DNA of 49,374 bases, taken from contig MRSU01011236.1 of assembly GCA_008369845.1 (NCBI GenBank), positions 1-49,374 of the forward strand. The letters are read 5' to 3'. Positions 30,893 through 40,134 of this stretch are shown here, piece after piece. The DNA is from Trichomonas gallinae (taxonomy: Eukaryota). The notes beneath the pieces are model-generated. The model was not told where the DNA came from. It worked only from the letters and a program-made list of their open reading frames with translations, and did not search any database. Position 1 is the stretch's first letter; every line of letters starts with the position of its first letter. Both the position numbers and the translations under genes were made by a program.

Positions 30893-33622
30893 ATGTTATG
30901 GTTTCTGATCTTCTTTAGCATTTGTTGGAGAAAATACTGTCTTTTATTCGAAACATCTGTTTATGTCTGTCCGCCAGACTACGAACAAGTAACCTACAAA
31001 ACTAAAAAGATCGATTTGGAGCCAGACAAAAATAATGAACTCCAAGTTTATGTAACTTGGCAATGCATTCAAGATATTGTAATAAATGTTACGCATTCAA
31101 CCAAAGTCAAGATAATATCATCTTTAACACAAGAAATAACAATTGCTGCAGATAATACAATTTCATTCGCTCAATTTGAAGACTCAACAGTTACAATAAA
31201 GTCAAAAATGATCATAGAAGATTTGATTCTGAAGCATTCAAAGGTAACATTATTAGATGAATCAGTACAAATTCAACATCTTTCAATTTACATGTGCCAA
31301 TATGCAGAGGGACCTGTTTTTCTTGCAAAATTATCGAATAACATTACTTTTGTCTTTGATTCGCAAACTTATCCGAGAATTTCTTTTGATAAACTCACAA
31401 TTGGATTTCATTACCGTGTATCTGAAGTATTGTATTCGCATGATATATATCTACCGAAAGATTTGGTCTATGACATTCTTTTTAAATCATTCGATGATCC
31501 GCTTTTAGTTTTATCATCTACAACAACAGAAATCATTAATCCATACAAAATCTCATTTGCCAATTTTACATCTCCTCCTTTTATTCGATTACAAGATTCA
31601 ATTTACAATTTTACCAAATATACGACGAAAACTGCTATAGAATCCGACACAAACGAAAATATTACGTTTTATACTACAGAAAATAAAATTCCGCAGTTTT
31701 TCCAAGAAAATCCTAAATTTATTATTCAAAATCACACAATTGGTCAATACTGCTTAGTTTGTTCTGATGATTTCATACCTCTTTGTCCAGGAGATGCTGA
31801 ATTAAGATATTACACACCAACCGATCCAATTGACGAACCAATTTTTCCTGATTCGCATAAATCAGTTGTTTTTCATCTAACTTCAACGAAAGAAAAAGAA
31901 GAACCAATTATCTCTATGTCTATAATTGACGAAATGTCAGTGACGTTTGTTGGAGCTAGGGATGTTATTCCATTTTCTCGCTATCATCTCGGATTGATTC
32001 ATTATGGACAGAATTCCATACAAACACTTATACTTGAGAAAGTTTCTATATCAGTTATATCTGTGAATCCTATCAACGTTGATGTTCTCTTTCTTACAAA
32101 CTCATACGTAGAAACAAGAAGTGCAATGATTGCTGTCAAATTCGCAGCAAACTTCGACAAAGAATCATATTCAGTTCTAAACATCCTGACTCCAATAAAT
32201 TCAGAGCCGAAATGTCCTAACCGTGTGGTAAAGCTTATATCGAACATCTCAGTTATACAAATGAGCCACAAATGGATATGCGTTGACAAAACAATGAATT
32301 TCACGAATGTTTATGCAAGCGCTGTCAGATTATTTAGCGAGTCAAACAAAACTAGAATAGAGTTCAAGTCTGGAATGCCAAAAGGCAACATAGAGCTTCC
32401 AATGGCTCTAGATTTATCAGGCGAAATGACAAATGTAACATTTGCTTACAACTGGGATAATTATATTCCGATTTTTTCGAAGCCTTTAAATTTCCCAATT
32501 AAAAGCAAAGGAATTATTAACTTCTACAGTGAAATTCCGCGCTGGCCTATGATGGTTTTCGATGTCCAGCTGTTCATTGTTTATTGCTCTAAAGGTGGTA
32601 GATACTGTTTTTACGGGCAAGGATTGAAATGTCCTGCGGATTATCACCTAACAATTCCAATGAGTGAATTCACGACCACATTCAAAATCTACGCGCACAT
32701 GGATACAGGGAGGCTAGATATATACTTCGCGCAGTCAAAAGAGCATCAAACGCCAAGATTGATTTTGTCGAATATCATCAATATCAATTCTTTGATTATT
32801 TTAGGATCAAAGCCAATTATTTTTGATGTGTCATATTTCAACAATTTTTTATCGATTTTGTATTTCGGCCCAGAACTTGTAAATGTCAACCAGTTCTCTT
32901 GGCATGATTCGTCTCTAGTTACTTTCGAAAACGTAACAATTCAGCCAACAACATTCATCTGTAGGACTCCACAAGTAACTAATTTCAATTTCGTTGAAGA
33001 CCCTTCATATACTTCTATCACATTAATTCTTAATAACACATACAACGGAATATTGCTAACAGATGAAGCAGTCATTTTATCGACGAAAAATTCAAAGATT
33101 TCTCTGAATAATGAATTCATGTCAATCAGTGTGATTTTCTCCGATGAAGCTTGGCGAGAGAATTTGTTTATCAACAGCACAGCTAGTTACGTTGACGTCA
33201 ATTTGATGATATATTCAAGCGTTGGTACAACTATAAACTTTGAACTTGGAATTCCAATGTTTTATTTGGAAACAAAAAGCAAAATTTCTCTCGCGAGACC
33301 AACAAAAGGAGTGGTTTACATCATCTCACCAAGAAATGTTTTGCCTGATTCCATGGTTTTCCCTGTGAATTCTTCTGATGTTATCTACAAATTTGCTCCA
33401 CCAGCTACTCCAACAATGTCGAAGAATTCTCCAGCTGTTATTACTACAGGAATAGCAGTAGGTGTTTACTTGTTTGTTTGCATATTCTTCATCATTTTGC
33501 TGTTCATTGTCGGATACATGTCGATCACATGTCAGAACTCACCAGAACTTCCAACAGATTTGCTAATGACGCCAATCAACACAATTCCGAACAACGACAG
33601 CGAAAACTACTCAAAACTTTAA
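30893..33622 (+). CDS. Type I membrane surface protein with three YC-x(n)-CP-initiated extracellular modules
   Basis: Signal peptide MLWFLIFFSIC; modules KYCLL...VCP, QYCLV...LCP and RYCFY...KCP; Pro/Thr stalk; TM helix GIAVGVYLFVCIFFIILLFIVGY; short cytoplasmic tail. Confidence 0.8.
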   Translation: MLWFLIFFSICWRKYCLLFETSVYVCPPDYEQVTYKTKKIDLEPDKNNELQVYVTWQCIQDIVINVTHSTKVKIISSLTQEITIAADNTISFAQFEDSTVTIKSKMIIEDLILKHSKVTLLDESVQIQHLSIYMCQYAEGPVFLAKLSNNITFVFDSQTYPRISFDKLTIGFHYRVSEVLYSHDIYLPKDLVYDILFKSFDDPLLVLSSTTTEIINPYKISFANFTSPPFIRLQDSIYNFTKYTTKTAIESDTNENITFYTTENKIPQFFQENPKFIIQNHTIGQYCLVCSDDFIPLCPGDAELRYYTPTDPIDEPIFPDSHKSVVFHLTSTKEKEEPIISMSIIDEMSVTFVGARDVIPFSRYHLGLIHYGQNSIQTLILEKVSISVISVNPINVDVLFLTNSYVETRSAMIAVKFAANFDKESYSVLNILTPINSEPKCPNRVVKLISNISVIQMSHKWICVDKTMNFTNVYASAVRLFSESNKTRIEFKSGMPKGNIELPMALDLSGEMTNVTFAYNWDNYIPIFSKPLNFPIKSKGIINFYSEIPRWPMMVFDVQLFIVYCSKGGRYCFYGQGLKCPADYHLTIPMSEFTTTFKIYAHMDTGRLDIYFAQSKEHQTPRLILSNIININSLIILGSKPIIFDVSYFNNFLSILYFGPELVNVNQFSWHDSSLVTFENVTIQPTTFICRTPQVTNFNFVEDPSYTSITLILNNTYNGILLTDEAVILSTKNSKISLNNEFMSISVIFSDEAWRENLFINSTASYVDVNLMIYSSVGTTINFELGIPMFYLETKSKISLARPTKGVVYIISPRNVLPDSMVFPVNSSDVIYKFAPPATPTMSKNSPAVITTGIAVGVYLFVCIFFIILLFIVGYMSITCQNSPELPTDLLMTPINTIPNNDSENYSKL

Positions 33623-33892
33623 TAAAATGTTTGTATTTTTTCTTATTATAGTGGTGTCAAGTTTTAAATAGTAGCATATATCCAGCATCTCCAATTTGCT
33701 ATAAATATACTTTCAAACAATTAATAATTCTTAGTATTTGTTAGAATTCGGGTCCAAATTTTGATATATTTCATAATTCATGATTTACAACAATGTTATT
33801 AATAGATCTAGTGAATTCTATAATGTTTTATTGTATAAATTTAAAGATTAATATAAAAAATTATTTTTATTTTATAACAAGTTTCATTGTGA

Positions 33893-34807
33893 TTACCACC
33901 CATCACCATGGAGATCTCTTCCAAATTCCTCTTTAGGATTGACCCATCTGTAGAATCTCTCGCGCTTCTTCAATCTTTCAACTTGGTCCTTTGTAAGTTC
34001 AAAATCCAAATGATTGTTTCTGTAAATTCTCTCTGGATTAATTGATTTGGCGAGTAATGAAGCTCCAGGCTCAATTGTTAACAAGAATTTTAATTCAACT
34101 TCGCCTGTTGTCCTATTAAGCTCTTTGGCTACTCTAACTAGTTCTTCATCTTCCAAAAGGACTGGTGCGCCTTCTTTCTTGAGTCCAGCGGTACCTAATG
34201 TAGAATATCCTGTAATAATGATTCCTTCTTCGTGTAAGTATCTTCTCAAGGCACCCTGTTGCATGTAAAGGTGGAATTCAACTTGATTGACGTATGGTCT
34301 GATTTTCGAATCAGAATTCTTCAAACGTTCGAATTCATTGATCGTAAAGTTGGATCCACCAATCCTTCTAACGAGTCCCTTTTCAACCAGCTTCTCCATT
34401 GCCTTCCATGTGTCAATGAAAGAACATTCATCATCCCATTGAAGTATTCCATCCTTCTTCGGGAATTTCTCTGGCCCAGCTTGGAAAGCAACAGGATAAT
34501 GCATCAAGTACAAGTCTAAATAGTCCAATTGGAGGTCAGCAAGAGTTTTTCTGCATGCTGGCTCAACATCTTCTGGCCTATGCTTTGTGTTCCACAGCTT
34601 GGATGTGATCCATATCTGCTCTCTCTTGATACCTGATGCCCAGATCTGTTGTAACGCTTGGCCAACGATATCTTCATTTTGATATGCAGCCGCACAGTCG
34701 ATATGGCAGTATCCTGCCTCTTTAACTGCATAGAGGATTGCATTTACAAGATCTTCTGAACGCGATGCTTTCCATGTTCCAAGCCCAATAGATGGAATTC
34801 TGTTCAT
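33893..34807 (-). CDS. Aldo-keto reductase (AKR1-like)
   Basis: IGLGTW, HIDCAAAYQNE, ITSKLW, LDLYLMHYP, IGGSNF, NQVEFH; catalytic tetrad D-Y-K-H intact. Confidence 0.95.
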   Translation of the reverse strand: MNRIPSIGLGTWKASRSEDLVNAILYAVKEAGYCHIDCAAAYQNEDIVGQALQQIWASGIKREQIWITSKLWNTKHRPEDVEPACRKTLADLQLDYLDLYLMHYPVAFQAGPEKFPKKDGILQWDDECSFIDTWKAMEKLVEKGLVRRIGGSNFTINEFERLKNSDSKIRPYVNQVEFHLYMQQGALRRYLHEEGIIITGYSTLGTAGLKKEGAPVLLEDEELVRVAKELNRTTGEVELKFLLTIEPGASLLAKSINPERIYRNNHLDFELTKDQVERLKKRERFYRWVNPKEEFGRDLHGDGW

Positions 34808-35172
34808 TCTTTGAGAAGTGAGATGAAAAAAAAAATGATGGGTTTCTTCTGAAAATAATTCGCGTTGTATTGATGGTCATCGCGGTGTTGGACGTGTGGA
34901 GTAAGATGTTATGAGCGTATTTTCGCTCAATTTTTATTGAATTTGGTTCATTTTCAATCATTTTCAATGAATTTTGATCTCGTTACGATATTATCAATTT
35001 CTTGATGAGTATATTGTTTTATCTTTTCAAAAAATCACACGCTCTACACTTTGAATGTTCATTCAGCCCATCATGTTTTCTATTTAATTTTTTGACATGT
35101 AAAATACTACGTGTCAAAATGTAAAATATCGTGTGTCAAAAATATAAAGTGAATGTATCAATGATAGAAAGG

Positions 35173-35351
35173 AATTTTAGCTCTTCGAGGAATAGGAATA
35201 TGATCTACCCTCATTCTCAATGTGTGTAAGAGCCTCATTTATTCATTGCACTCGTTGAGGCTGTGTTCTTTCTGTTTCGATGTCTTACGCATCAAAGAGA
35301 TGGTCAACACATTATGTGTTAACCCTTGATACGTCAGACATTGAAACAAGA
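35173..35351. repeat. Hairpin-rich dispersed element, copy A (inverted relative to 37464-37691)
   Basis: Aligns block by block with the reverse complement of 37464-37691. Contains two stem-loops, including TGTTTCGATGTCTTACGCATCAA...TTGATACGTCAGACATTGAAACA. Confidence 0.75.
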
Positions 35352-36016
35352 AATTTTGTAACAAATCAATTATGGAAATATTTTATTTTTCTTCTTTCAA
35401 CGATTTCTTCTAAGCACATGTTTTCTATAGTATGATAGTGTATTATCTAATGTTAATATCTGACTTAAATTAATTCTTAAATTTTGTTATAAAAATTATC
35501 CAACTGAACTGTTTAAATAGCTGTGGTATATATACATTTAAAGATCATCTATCCATTTATGATATATCATAAGAGAACGAACACAATTTGCAATGAGTAT
35601 CAATACCATATCTGCTCCAACTCAAGTAGTGCAGTGAATTAATGATACCTTTGCTGCTATATTCATCGATCTACCTATGAATTGATCTTAACCTCGGCTA
35701 AAAAATTATTCTAATTTCGGATTGTATGAGTCCTTAAAATATCATGTGTTTATGAATGATTAGAAAATCAAGTTCATTGATGATAACAATTCGTGCAATT
35801 TAGGCATCAAAAATTCGGATGCTTTGAATCAAAATAAAAAATGTCATCATATTGAAAAAACGAAATACGTTAAAACGAGATAATGAACTGTAATATCGAA
35901 AGATCTGCCCTATATGTCATCAAGTATAATATTTTCTAACAGATTTTGTGTGAATGAGATTTGAAAACCACCTTTCGAAACCTTACATCAGAAAAAAAAA
36001 AAAAATATTTCGAAAA

Positions 36017-37237
36017 ATGGATGACGATGAAAATCAGCCAGAGAAGATTCCTATTATCGTGACTAGTTCTGGGGTTATGCAGGGACCAGGCCCTGGTGCT
36101 TATGATACCTGTGGAACGATTTCACAGATTCCTGCTATAAAAATTAAAGGTAGATATACGGAAAAAGTCGATTCAAGTGCACCACCATATGTCATGCTAC
36201 CATCTACAATCGGCCAAGGGCATAAATGGCGCATTGGAAACCGTCCATATGAAAAATCGAGTGAGTCAACGCCTGGACCTTGCTGGGCGCCGCCAGCATT
36301 TGGTGCAGGGTCACCAAGAATGCCTATAGGACGTAGACAAGACACTTCTCAAAGGGAAATTACACCAGGTCCATCAGATTACGATACAACAATCAAAGAA
36401 ACAATTAAAGGAGGATCATTTCATGGTCCTTCGGAGAGATCTTTAGCTACAAACAATTCAAGTTGTACTCCAGGGCCTGCAGACTATTCATATGATATCA
36501 ATAAACAATATCATTCCCCTAGAATGGCAATTGGAACCCGTCACAACGATACAAAGATTACTCCAGGTCCAGGGCCGGGCGAATATGATACTAGAATGGC
36601 AATGAAGCCAAAGAAATATGGTGGTTACATAGGAAACAGAACAAACAACAGCGGAAAAGAAATAACGCCTGGCCCTTCTGACTATGCAACTAATACAGAC
36701 TTACTCAGAAATGTGCCAAAAGTTCATATATCTGGACGTCCTAAGGATTCTCCGCGCTCATCTTCTCCTGGACCATATTCATTACCAATGACATTCGGAA
36801 ATGGGCCCAAATACTCATTCCGATCGCGTCCAGCTGATAAGTCGAGCGATATTTCCCCAGGATTCTACTACGCGCCGCCGCCATTTGGATCAGATTCTCC
36901 AAAGGCTCATATTGGAGGCAGATATGATAAGAGCCATCCTAGTGATGTTACACCTGGACCATCTGACTACGCAGTTAGCACATCTTTGGTTAATCTGAAA
37001 AAAGCTTCGGTATTTCATGGAGTTAGTGATCGCTCAATGGCGGTTAAGAATACATCTCCTGGACCTGCTCAATATTTCCCACAAATCAAATCATCATCAC
37101 CAAGAATTACAATCAAAGGCGCATATAATCGGCAAACTAAAGTTCAAGCATCCGGTGAATATGTCGCTTATAATACAACACTTGGAGGACCAAAATATAC
37201 GATTTCACCAAGAACAAACGTTCAATATTCATTATAA
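36017..37237 (+). CDS. SHIPPO/ODF3-like PGP-repeat axonemal protein
   Basis: About ten (T/S)PGP-type repeats, most followed by Y, with PKY/PRI spacers. Probable start MDDDENQ at 36017 after an A-rich leader (ORF open from 35954). Confidence 0.88.
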   Translation: MDDDENQPEKIPIIVTSSGVMQGPGPGAYDTCGTISQIPAIKIKGRYTEKVDSSAPPYVMLPSTIGQGHKWRIGNRPYEKSSESTPGPCWAPPAFGAGSPRMPIGRRQDTSQREITPGPSDYDTTIKETIKGGSFHGPSERSLATNNSSCTPGPADYSYDINKQYHSPRMAIGTRHNDTKITPGPGPGEYDTRMAMKPKKYGGYIGNRTNNSGKEITPGPSDYATNTDLLRNVPKVHISGRPKDSPRSSSPGPYSLPMTFGNGPKYSFRSRPADKSSDISPGFYYAPPPFGSDSPKAHIGGRYDKSHPSDVTPGPSDYAVSTSLVNLKKASVFHGVSDRSMAVKNTSPGPAQYFPQIKSSSPRITIKGAYNRQTKVQASGEYVAYNTTLGGPKYTISPRTNVQYSL

Positions 37238-37463
37238 TTTTTCTTTATGATTTTTTTTAATGCGTGTAAATGTATATTATTCTATTCTAAATGCGCCCTT
37301 ATTTATCTCTCAGGTTAACCAGTTTCTCACAATTTAAATCTCATCTTGAGACAAATCATTGTGTTATTTCCCATTCTTAATGAATTCAAAACCTCACATT
37401 TATTGAGAATGAGAGCTAAAGAGGATTTTGTATTTTTCAAGATAATCATCAAAAACCAAAAAC

Positions 37464-37691
37464 TCTTGTTTCGATGTCTGACGCATGAAAGGGTGGCATA
37501 AATCGCTGAGTATCACTCATTTATGCGCTACGCGTCGAAACAGAACGAACACAGTTCGCAAAGAGATTATCTTTCTGAGAAAAATCACCATATCAGTTTC
37601 CATTCACAACGAGTGCAAGATCCTCATTGATTCATTGCACTCAATGAGAATGAAGGTTGATCAAAGTCGTATTCCTTGAAGATCTAAAATT
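37464..37691. repeat. Hairpin-rich dispersed element, copy B
   Basis: Reverse-complement homologue of 35173-35351 with about 50 bp extra. Stems GAGTGCAA/TTGCACTC, TGTTTCGA/TCGAAACA and GCATAAAT/ATTTATGC. Confidence 0.75.
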
Positions 37692-38046
37692 ATTCGCTAT
37701 TATGAAATTTAATCAATGTCTTTGAGTCTTATAACACTGTCAACATCTTTATTTGAGTATTTATTATGATATACACATTTGCAACTCAGATTTAAATAAA
37801 AAATTAATTAATCAGGAATCATTTCCGCTAGTTGATGAATAAAATCTATTTTAAACCGTTTCTTTGCTGACAAAACCTAATGATTTTTTATGCTTTTTAT
37901 ATGTTACCATTCATTGTTAGTGAAATCATTAAAATACCCTGATTAAATATATCAGAACCTGTTATTTAAAACTGTGCATTCGATGTGTGATAAGTATCTA
38001 TAAAAATAACCTGAAAAAACAAAAACAATCTATATAATTTTTATAT

Positions 38047-39957
38047 TCAAACAGTTTTAACAGACTGAATTACTTTTTCATATCCAGCCTTTAAGTGCTC
38101 CTGTGTGAGAGGAGACCAATGATCTTGTGGCAATGTTTTAATTACGTCAGCAATTACTCTGCTCAATTCTGTTGGATCTGATGCTTTCTGTGTCGCGATA
38201 TCTTTAACGTGATCTTTGGTTTCTTTGATTGCTATTTCGGTTGCTTCTGTCACCAAAGCATCCAACTCAGCACCACTGAATCCTTCTGTCATCTCAGCAA
38301 TTTCTCTCATATCGATATTATCACTCTTACACAAAACTCTCTCGAGCTTTTTCGCTAATATATCTGCCCTTCCCATAGCATCTGGCTTAGGCACTTCAAT
38401 CTTCTTGTCGAGTCTTCCTGGTCTGAGCATTGCTTCATCGACTAATTCAAGCCTGTTCGTTGCTCCAATAACGAAAACAAGGCCGCGGCCGACGACTCCA
38501 TCCATTTCAGTCAATAGCTGGTTGACGACCCTCGAAGCTGCAGCATTAGAAGAGTCGTCACTTCTTCTAGGACAAATCGCATCTATTTCGTCAAAGAAAA
38601 TAACACAAGGAGCTGAGTCTCGCGCGCGCCTGAACACAGCTCTAACAGCTGATTCTGATTCACCGAGATATTTGTTTAACAACTCAGGGCCTTTCACCGA
38701 AATGAATGCAGCTCTGTAGGCTTCATGCGCTATTGCTCTTGCTAGCAAAGTCTTTCCGCAGCCTGGTGGACCGTAAAGAATAATGCCTGATGCAGGTTTA
38801 TGGTCGTAAGCCTTGAAAATGTCAGGCATGTTTATTGCATCAATAACTGCTGTAATTAATTCTTCTTTCACACTCTCAAGTCCGCCAATTTGAGCGAAAG
38901 ACACAGGAGCAACTGTTGTGAATCCATCTCTCCTCAATGATGGCTGCACTGTCTGAATTGCGTTGAAATAGTCTTCTTGTGTAACTTCTGCTGTTTCTTG
39001 GTTATTTTCGATTGCTCTTCTCACAGCATTATGAGCTGCTTCTTGTACGAGAGCAACTAAGTCAGCTCCAACATAACCTTCTGCTTCTATTGCTATTGCG
39101 TCTGCATTTACATCTGAAGTATTATTAATTCCGATGAATAATGACTCTAAAATGGCCCTTCTTGCTTCTTTGTCGGGAATTCCCAAAGCTATTTCGTGTG
39201 TGAACCTTCCTGGCCTTCTTAGATCAGCTGGAATTTTTTCAATTTTATTTGTTGCGCAAATTATGAAAATATCGTGTTCTATGTCTGATGCTGCCTGATC
39301 CATGCACTGGCAAATCTGTCTGATAACTAATCTTGAGTTGTTGTCGTTGGTTTTGGCGAGAACATCAAAATCATCAATAAAAACAATAGATGGAGAAGTT
39401 TGTAAAGCTGTCTGGAATAATGAACGTATTCTTGACTCAACTTGACCATTAGAAACAGCAAAAAAGCTTGAAGCAGATGTTCTGTAAAAAGTAATATTTT
39501 CTTTGACTTCTCCAGCTGCAGCTTCGGCAAACAGCGTTTTGCCGCAACCCGATGGGCCATGTAATAGTATTCCTCGAATTGGAGGAACACCTACACTTTT
39601 GAATAATGAAGAATTGTGTATTGCCGGAATTAATAACTGTAAAAGCTGCCTTTTCTGATTTTCTAGGCCTCCGACATTTGCAAATGTGTATTTAGGCTCT
39701 GAAGGAGAAAATTCATTTTGATTTTGTTTCTTTTCTGATTTATCTTGTACTGGTGGATTTCCCACTTTGTATCCATTCTCATTTGCATATTTTTCTGCGA
39801 ATTTTTTAAGAATTTGTTGACTTACTTTCATTTTCGGAGCTTCTCTAAGAACAGATGCAACAACATCATCAAGAACGATGTATCCATCTGTTCTTTCTGC
39901 TGATTCTTTGAAAAATGGAGCGAAATCCTCCTTAGTATAGGCTCTGCGTTCGCTCAT
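38047..39957 (-). CDS. NVL: CDC48-family double AAA+ ATPase, NVL/Rix7-like (60S biogenesis)
   Basis: Two Walker A motifs (GPSGCGKT, GPPGCGKT), FISVKGPELLNKYLGESE, CVIFFDEIDAICPRR, SRVVNQLLTEMDG and linker VQPSLRRDGFTTV typical of NVL. No p97 N-domain. Confidence 0.85.
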   Translation of the reverse strand: MSERRAYTKEDFAPFFKESAERTDGYIVLDDVVASVLREAPKMKVSQQILKKFAEKYANENGYKVGNPPVQDKSEKKQNQNEFSPSEPKYTFANVGGLENQKRQLLQLLIPAIHNSSLFKSVGVPPIRGILLHGPSGCGKTLFAEAAAGEVKENITFYRTSASSFFAVSNGQVESRIRSLFQTALQTSPSIVFIDDFDVLAKTNDNNSRLVIRQICQCMDQAASDIEHDIFIICATNKIEKIPADLRRPGRFTHEIALGIPDKEARRAILESLFIGINNTSDVNADAIAIEAEGYVGADLVALVQEAAHNAVRRAIENNQETAEVTQEDYFNAIQTVQPSLRRDGFTTVAPVSFAQIGGLESVKEELITAVIDAINMPDIFKAYDHKPASGIILYGPPGCGKTLLARAIAHEAYRAAFISVKGPELLNKYLGESESAVRAVFRRARDSAPCVIFFDEIDAICPRRSDDSSNAAASRVVNQLLTEMDGVVGRGLVFVIGATNRLELVDEAMLRPGRLDKKIEVPKPDAMGRADILAKKLERVLCKSDNIDMREIAEMTEGFSGAELDALVTEATEIAIKETKDHVKDIATQKASDPTELSRVIADVIKTLPQDHWSPLTQEHLKAGYEKVIQSVKTV

Positions 39958-40051
39958 TATTTTGTGTCTAAAATCTCCCCTATAATTTTTTATTAGGCCC
40001 TAATTTAAATATATGACGTGTAAATTTTAAATTTTGACAAAATAGCAGAAG

Positions 40052-40127
40052 ACCCTGATTAAATATGGTAAACCCTGTTATATTTTAATAACAAAATACC
40101 CTGCTTAATTATACGAGACCCTGTTAT
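40052..40127 (+). promoter_or_regulatory. Four ACCCTG(A/C)0-1TTA motifs in a short divergent promoter
   Basis: Motifs start at 40052, 40072, 40098 and 40118 (spacing 20/26/20). The same 20-bp-spaced pair occurs at 37936/37956. Confidence 0.6.
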
Positions 40128-40134
40128 TCAAAAA

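Noticed and set aside
37485..37679. 64-aa ORF
   Set aside because: Lies entirely within hairpin element copy B and is not preserved in copy A.
40072..40127. ACCCTGTTAT resembles part of the I-SceI site
   Set aside because: Only a partial match; the CCCTA half is absent, so it is coincidental.
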